From an uncultured Actinomycetes bacterium (GTDB lineage Bacteria; Actinomycetota; Acidimicrobiia; IMCC26256; DASPTH01), in the NCBI GenBank assembly GCA_963819735.1, contig CAWFXC010000005.1, positions 556,460 through 620,459 of the forward strand: 64,000 bases of DNA, written 5' to 3'. Positions within the stretch are counted from its first letter, which is position 1. Each line of letters opens with the position of its first letter. The notes beneath the pieces are model-generated. The model was given only the letters and a program-made list of their open reading frames with translations. It ran no database searches and was not told where the DNA came from. The position numbers were made by a program, and so were the translations under genes. Positions 59,569 to 64,000 of the stretch are shown here, in pieces.

Positions 59569-61026
59569 TCAGTCCAACCACGGAGTGAGGGTCGGTGCAG
59601 GGTAGAGACGGTCGGTGAGGGCCTGCATCTCGGCGGAGACTCGGAACGCGTCGGGTTCGGGGTCTTCGGCCGCGAGCGTGGGTTCGTTTGTGCACGGAGG
59701 GGTGGGCCGTAGGACAGACACGTCGAGATTTACGTCGGCGTCCTTGTGGTTCCACAGGCTGCGCCCGACGTTGTGCGCGTAGCGGTCCCGTTTGGAGAGG
59801 GCCCAGCTCGTTGTGCCGACGTGACCGGGACCTTCCGCTGGCGCGCCGAGAAATCGCCAGTGGAGGAAGCGCATGATCGAGGTGTGGTCGTAGACGGTGT
59901 GGTCGACCGCGCCGCGCCGCGCGTAGGGCGACGCGACGATCGAGGGCACGCGGAACCCGGCCTGCCCGAAGTTGTTCGCGTCGACCTTGCTCGCGCGGTC
60001 ATCGGCGAGGATCGGCGGTCGGACGTGGTCGAAGAAGCCGCCCCATTCGTCGTAGCAGAGTACGAAGAGTCCCCGCTGCCACTGTGGGCTCTGCACGAAC
60101 GCGCCGAACGTTTCGAGCACGAACCGCTCACCGACGTTGATGCAGCCACGCGGGTGGTTGTCGGTGCGATACGGGCCACTGAACGAAGGTGCCACGAACG
60201 TGAAGTTCGGCAGGGTGCCGTTCGCGCAGTCCTCGAAGTAGCGGTCGAGCACCCGGATATACGGGTGCATTCGCACACCGTAGAGCAGGATCGACGCCGG
60301 CGTGTCTCCGTAGTAGTACGCGGCAGGGACCCGTGCGGCGGTGAGCCGGTCCCAGATAGTGAGGTCATCGAACACGCCAGGACGCAACGGCCCCGGGTCC
60401 CGTTTGCGACCCTCGGATTGCGCCGAATGGAAGTACATGCGGTTCGGGAACGTCGGGCCCAATAACGAGGCGAAATGATGATCGTTCACCGTGAAACGAC
60501 GGGCGAGCGCCGCGTGCACGGGAACATCGGCGGCGTTGTAGTAGCCGATCGCACTCTCAGCGTTGCGCGAACCCTTCGACAAGAACCCGTGGTCGCGTTG
60601 CGCGCGCCCTGCGTTCCAGCCATGCGCCGGTTCAGGTCCCGAGCAGATGCGGTACGGGTTCGGTTCATCGGGTCGCGTTGTGAGCGCCTCCGTCGCAACC
60701 AGATTGCCCGTGGGGTCGCGGTACTGGGCGTGCTGACGCGCCTCGACCGAGAAGCCGGACCCCCAGCGCCGCCGACCGGCGTCAAGATACGCCTGGTCGT
60801 GGCCGAGCCATCCGAGGTAGTGGTCGAACGAGCGGTTCTCCATCATCAACACGACGACGGTGTCGATCGGACATTCGGTCGCGGCGCCGGAAAGGAGCGG
60901 CTCACCCTGCGTCGCGGCACCGGCCGCTTCGGCACGAAGGAGCGTCGGGCCGAGTGCGGCACCTCCCGCAACGAGCGCAGCACGACGACCGAACTCTCTC
61001 CTGGTCATCGGCTCCGCCACTACCAC
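59569..61026 (-). CDS. phosphoesterase family protein (phospholipase C / acid phosphatase AcpA-like), Tat-secreted
   Basis: Twin-arginine signal TRREFGRRAALVAGGAALG. The phosphoesterase-family motifs VVLMMENRSFDHYLGW and HPRG...DEWGGFFDHV are present. Confidence 0.85.
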   Translation of the reverse strand: MVVAEPMTRREFGRRAALVAGGAALGPTLLRAEAAGAATQGEPLLSGAATECPIDTVVVLMMENRSFDHYLGWLGHDQAYLDAGRRRWGSGFSVEARQHAQYRDPTGNLVATEALTTRPDEPNPYRICSGPEPAHGWNAGRAQRDHGFLSKGSRNAESAIGYYNAADVPVHAALARRFTVNDHHFASLLGPTFPNRMYFHSAQSEGRKRDPGPLRPGVFDDLTIWDRLTAARVPAAYYYGDTPASILLYGVRMHPYIRVLDRYFEDCANGTLPNFTFVAPSFSGPYRTDNHPRGCINVGERFVLETFGAFVQSPQWQRGLFVLCYDEWGGFFDHVRPPILADDRASKVDANNFGQAGFRVPSIVASPYARRGAVDHTVYDHTSIMRFLHWRFLGAPAEGPGHVGTTSWALSKRDRYAHNVGRSLWNHKDADVNLDVSVLRPTPPCTNEPTLAAEDPEPDAFRVSAEMQALTDRLYPAPTLTPWLD

Positions 61027-61257
61027 CAGGATGCCCGGTCATTCAAGCGAATCTGGCAACAGGCGTACAGATTTCCGGGATCGCGCTCGTTCCGGTAGGT
61101 CTCATAGCGCAACTGAGCCCGTCCTCTGCAGTCCTCGTCTCCGCGCCTAACAGGCGAGCAGCATCAGATAACCCGGCTTCGGTCGGGGTAATCGCGTTCA
61201 GGACCCACAGGGAACCGTCGACAATGCAAGAGCGCGCCTGGACGGGCTGGGCGGCGC

Positions 61258-61521
61258 TCAGCTCCCGGTCGTCCGCGCTCGTGGCGCGGCGGCGCCTTGT
61301 CGGGAGCTGCTCGGGCCGCCATTGTGGGCGCCATCGGCGCCGTGCTGGTCACGACCGCGGTCATGCGTTTCTTGAGCCGACGACTGGCGGTCGCGGCCGT
61401 CCGAGTGCCCATGACCGCCGGAGACCGCGTTCGCGACACCGAAGCCGCCCACGAACAAGACCACCGCGCCGACTGCGACCGCGACCCAACGAGGAATCAG
61501 CACCCCACGCCGCGCCTTCAC
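61258..61521 (-). CDS. small membrane-anchored protein with His/Gly/Asp-rich tail (87 aa)
   Basis: GTG overlaps the stop of the upstream mini-ORF as GTGA. N-terminal TM is VLIPRWVAVAVGAVVLFVGGFGV. The tail is GGHGHSDGRDRQ...HDRGRDQHGADGAHNG. Confidence 0.4.
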   Translation of the reverse strand: MKARRGVLIPRWVAVAVGAVVLFVGGFGVANAVSGGHGHSDGRDRQSSAQETHDRGRDQHGADGAHNGGPSSSRQGAAAPRARTTGS

Positions 61522-61664
61522 GGGTCCGGCACGATTGGCGCGGGCGCGACCGCTTCGGGTCCAGGCGCGGCGGTATCGGTTGCGGATGCGGGCGCGACGG
61601 GTTCCGCCACAGGTTCGGCCGCGGGTGTTGTAGAGGTGGGTTCTCGGGGAGTCTGATCGCTCAT
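61518..61664 (-). CDS. Pro/Ala/Thr-rich mini-protein (48 aa) with strong SD
   Basis: AAAGGAGAG lies 7 nt upstream of the ATG. MSDQTPREPTSTTPAAEPVAEPVAPASATDTAAPGPEAVAPAPIVPDP. It is translationally coupled to the downstream 87-aa ORF. Confidence 0.4.
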   Translation of the reverse strand: MSDQTPREPTSTTPAAEPVAEPVAPASATDTAAPGPEAVAPAPIVPDP

Positions 61665-61825
61665 CGCCGCGCTCTCCTTTGGGTCCCCGTGAATCGGGGA
61701 CCGATCAAGCATCGACTCCAGGGGTAAGACTCGATCAAGTGGCGGGCAAGAAGCACGCAAGTCGCTAACGCACAACGCGGTGCGTGTCCTGGGTTGGGGA
61801 AGAGGTCCGTGGTTCTGACCGGCGA

Positions 61826-63073
61826 TCATCTGATGGTTGTGTTGATGACGCCGTCGATCCATTGTTCGAGGGCTCGCACGTTTTGGTTGTCGGGTTCGAC
61901 GTTGTGGTCGCCGCTGGTGATCTCGTAGCGGACTCCACGCGACGCGGTGGGACGCGAGAGGTCGTGGCGGGCTCGCGCCCAGCGGTAGGCGAGCGGCGTG
62001 CCTTGGGTGGCGGGCGGGACGAGCACGTCGTTGGTGGCGTAGATCAGGTAGCCGGGCGGGTCCCCGGCGTTGAGCCAGTTCACCGGGCTCGACGCGCGGA
62101 TCACCGCCGGGGAGCAGGTCGTCGGGTCGGCTGGCGCGCACCCGAGGTACGCCGCCATGAGTCCGGGAGCCCAACCGCCCGCGGCGGCGAAGCTCGAGAA
62201 GTCGGACGGGCCCACCATGTCGATCACACCGATCACTGTGGGCGACACCGACTTGAGTTTCGCGGGCAGGGTGGGATCAACAAACCTTCCCGGAGCGACG
62301 GCCGCTAGGGTCGCGAGTTGCGCGCCCGCCGATCCTCCCCCGAGCAACACGCGGGTCGGGTCGAGGCCCCACCGCGGCGCGTTCGCTTTGACGAAACGCA
62401 CCGCGCGGTCGACGTCGTAGCTCGACGCGGGATACGAGTCTTCTGTGTTGCCGTTGCTGCCGGTGGTGACGAGGCGGTAATCGGCTGACACGACCGCGAT
62501 GCCCGCCCTGGTGACTTGGCGTTTGATCACCTCGGGAAACACTGGCTCGTTGCCCGCGATCCAACCACCCGAGTGCAGGTAGATGATGACCGGGAGTTTG
62601 TCGCTCGCCGCGTGTACAGGGGGCAGATAGATCGCGAGATGCTGCGCTGGGAGGGGCCCGTACGCGATGTTGGGGATCACATCGGTCGCCGGAGCGATGT
62701 AGCCGGTCGGCAACCTGTCGGCATCGGCCGACGTTCGCAGGTCGCCGGGGCGAGGGGCGGGCACGACGAAGTCAGCGAGCGGCGGGATCGTCGTCGTGGT
62801 CGGTGCAGTCGACTTGGTGTCTGCCGCGGGTGCGCTCCTCGCCGTCGCGTGCGATCCACCCGCGTCGCCGGGGCGCTCCACCAACAGTCCGGCCACGACC
62901 ATACCGACAAGCAAAACCACGGCGACCGCCGCCACAACGACCACGACGCGTCGCGTTCCCCGGTCCCTCCGTGTGCCGCGACGCGGTGGCGCGCCCTGAA
63001 TCGTTTCTTGAAGCGGGTGTAGCAGCGGCGACGCTATAGGCCGCCTGCCGCGCGTGGGCTCGTCGGTTTCCAA
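61826..63073 (-). CDS. membrane-anchored alpha/beta hydrolase (esterase/lipase, hydrolase fold-3 type)
   Basis: TTG start at 63073 with GGAAG upstream. N-terminal TM, Thr/Pro linker, then HSGGW oxyanion motif and GGSAG nucleophile (GxSxG). Confidence 0.8.
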   Translation of the reverse strand: METDEPTRGRRPIASPLLHPLQETIQGAPPRRGTRRDRGTRRVVVVVAAVAVVLLVGMVVAGLLVERPGDAGGSHATARSAPAADTKSTAPTTTTIPPLADFVVPAPRPGDLRTSADADRLPTGYIAPATDVIPNIAYGPLPAQHLAIYLPPVHAASDKLPVIIYLHSGGWIAGNEPVFPEVIKRQVTRAGIAVVSADYRLVTTGSNGNTEDSYPASSYDVDRAVRFVKANAPRWGLDPTRVLLGGGSAGAQLATLAAVAPGRFVDPTLPAKLKSVSPTVIGVIDMVGPSDFSSFAAAGGWAPGLMAAYLGCAPADPTTCSPAVIRASSPVNWLNAGDPPGYLIYATNDVLVPPATQGTPLAYRWARARHDLSRPTASRGVRYEITSGDHNVEPDNQNVRALEQWIDGVINTTIR

Positions 63074-63076
63074 TCG

Positions 63077-63271
63077 TTACTTCCGTTCGGGAAGCACCGG
63101 AGGTTCACGAAGGAGCGACACCAGCGCGATTAGGAGCAGGACGAGAATGACGAGGCCGAACAGCCACCACAACCACTCAGAGACACCAAGGTCAACATCG
63201 TGATGATGAGGCACCACGGGCAGGACCGCGACTGTCACGTTCGGATGGACGGGCGGGGTGCGCGCCGCCAT
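63077..63271 (-). CDS. small membrane protein (64 aa, C-terminal TM)
   Basis: MAARTPPVHPNVTVAVLPVVPHHHDVDLGVSEWLWWLFGLVILVLLLIALVSLL. There is no clear SD, so the call is tentative. Confidence 0.3.
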   Translation of the reverse strand: MAARTPPVHPNVTVAVLPVVPHHHDVDLGVSEWLWWLFGLVILVLLLIALVSLLREPPVLPERK

Positions 63272-63568
63272 TCGCGAACCACGACCCAGCAGAACGCCGC
63301 AACCAGCGCGACGGTAGCGAGCCAGGCAGTCGCGAAAGCCACCACCACGAACAGCACTAACCAGACCGCGGCAATGATCCAACGCGTCGACCAACGGTCG
63401 CTGGGCGGTTCAGTGATGTTCCCGGAGCGCGCATGCCCGAGTGCCACTTTCGAGACCGAGCAGCGGGAGCGGCCATCAATCTGGCGAGCGACCGTCACCC
63501 GGTCGTCGTTCAACCCGGTCGCTCGAGGTCTGGGTGCTGCGATCGTCCTGTTGTCGTCTCCGTTCATG
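63235..63568 (-). CDS. small membrane protein (111 aa) with strong SD
   Basis: AAGGAGG lies 7 nt upstream of the ATG (MNGDDNRTIAAP...). The C-terminus has two TM helices (WIIAAVWLVLFVVVAFATAWLATVALVAAFCWVVV). Confidence 0.5.
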
Positions 63569-63836
63569 TCTCCCACCTCCTTGTTCAGCCTGAGCGCCGC
63601 GGGCACCAGCGCCCAGAGCCTTTCGTCACTACTGGACGTTGGCCTGCGGTTGCCAGCCTGACCGCGAAATTCGCCTACGACGCCTGACGGCACAGTCGGC
63701 GGCACACCACGGCCCGTGTGGATGTGCCCCATCCCCAGGAAGTGTGAAGCATGTCCGGGGCCCGCGACCAGGGGCCTTCTTCCGCTTCGATGTCAGCTCA
63801 AGAGGGATGGGCCAGGCGTTGCGAGGTGGACGGTCA

Positions 63837-64000
63837 ATGTGCGCCAATGGTGAGGTGACGAAGCGTCGTACGCCGGAGGATCTCCGCCGACGGGGACTCC
63901 GCCTCGAATGGGCCACCAACATCTGGAACGCGATGGAGGTCGTCGTCACCATCTCGCTCGGCGTGCAGGCTGGTTCGCTGGCCCTCATCGCCTTCGGCCT
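63837..64000 (+). CDS. N-terminal fragment of a membrane transporter (cation-efflux/CDF-like first TM region); runs off the window
   Basis: ATG at 63837 gives MCANGEVTKRRTPEDLRRRGLRLEWATNIWNAMEVVVTISLGVQAGSLALIAFGL, a basic cytoplasmic start followed by TM1 with an N-x-x-E-x-x-V pattern. No stop is reached before the window end. Confidence 0.35.
   Translation, partial: MCANGEVTKRRTPEDLRRRGLRLEWATNIWNAMEVVVTISLGVQAGSLALIAFG

Noticed and set aside
60954-61727. 257-aa plus-strand ORF upstream of the phospholipase C-like gene
   Set aside because: Arg/Gly/His-rich with no domain. It is antisense to the SD-supported small minus-strand genes.

Overview
This is a 64 kb window from a high-GC (about 70%) Actinobacteria-type chromosome, densely coded on both strands. 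Many of the longest six-frame ORFs are Arg/Pro/Gly-rich antisense or out-of-frame artefacts, so calls were made on recognisable protein families, codon-position patterns, Shine-Dalgarno sites and start/stop coupling. I find about 60 CDSs, one tRNA-Cys(GCA), several coding minisatellites, a few hairpin/terminator elements, and a roughly 2.3 kb low-GC islet directly 3' of the tRNA. Recognisable content includes: citrate synthase; an SDR-ADH-MBL hydrolase operon; an L,D-transpeptidase lipoprotein; AlkA; an ABC-F ATPase; DUF427; an Rpf-like transglycosylase; Aat; an ArsC/Spx-family protein; an MMPL transporter divergent from an acyl-ACP thioesterase; an epimerase/DegT-aminotransferase/GT2 cassette (ArnB/ArnC-like); a SAM-dependent methyltransferase; a roughly 1000-aa HTH_XRE...DUF1080-like repeat protein; a gamma-carbonic anhydrase; a CDF transporter with an in-frame SnoaL tail; an HExxH metallohydrolase; two ABC-2 exporter pairs; Ku plus a stand-alone LigD polymerase domain; a flotillin-like SPFH protein; a single-polypeptide four-domain LivHMFG-type ABC importer with its substrate-binding protein; two further tandem Liv-type substrate-binding paralogs behind an LMW-PTP/ArsC-like gene; DUF429; pirin; dodecin; an epoxide hydrolase; an LAXTG-anchored surface protein; a ferredoxin; three alpha/beta hydrolases; two FadD-like acyl-CoA synthetases; a Tat-secreted phospholipase C-like phosphoesterase; and several small membrane proteins. 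Three otherwise intact genes (a GT-C-like membrane protein, the LigD polymerase domain, and a Liv-type substrate-binding protein) each carry a single-base frameshift in a G/C run. The points most worth a second look are: the fused four-domain Liv transporter; a dispersed 12-bp 'GATTCGNNGRCC' coding-repeat family; the giant repeat protein; paired mini zinc-ribbon ORFs, one fused in-frame to an acyl-CoA synthetase; inverted copies of a roughly 45-bp palindromic element flanking the ACS-hydrolase-ACS block; and the low-GC islet next to tRNA-Cys.
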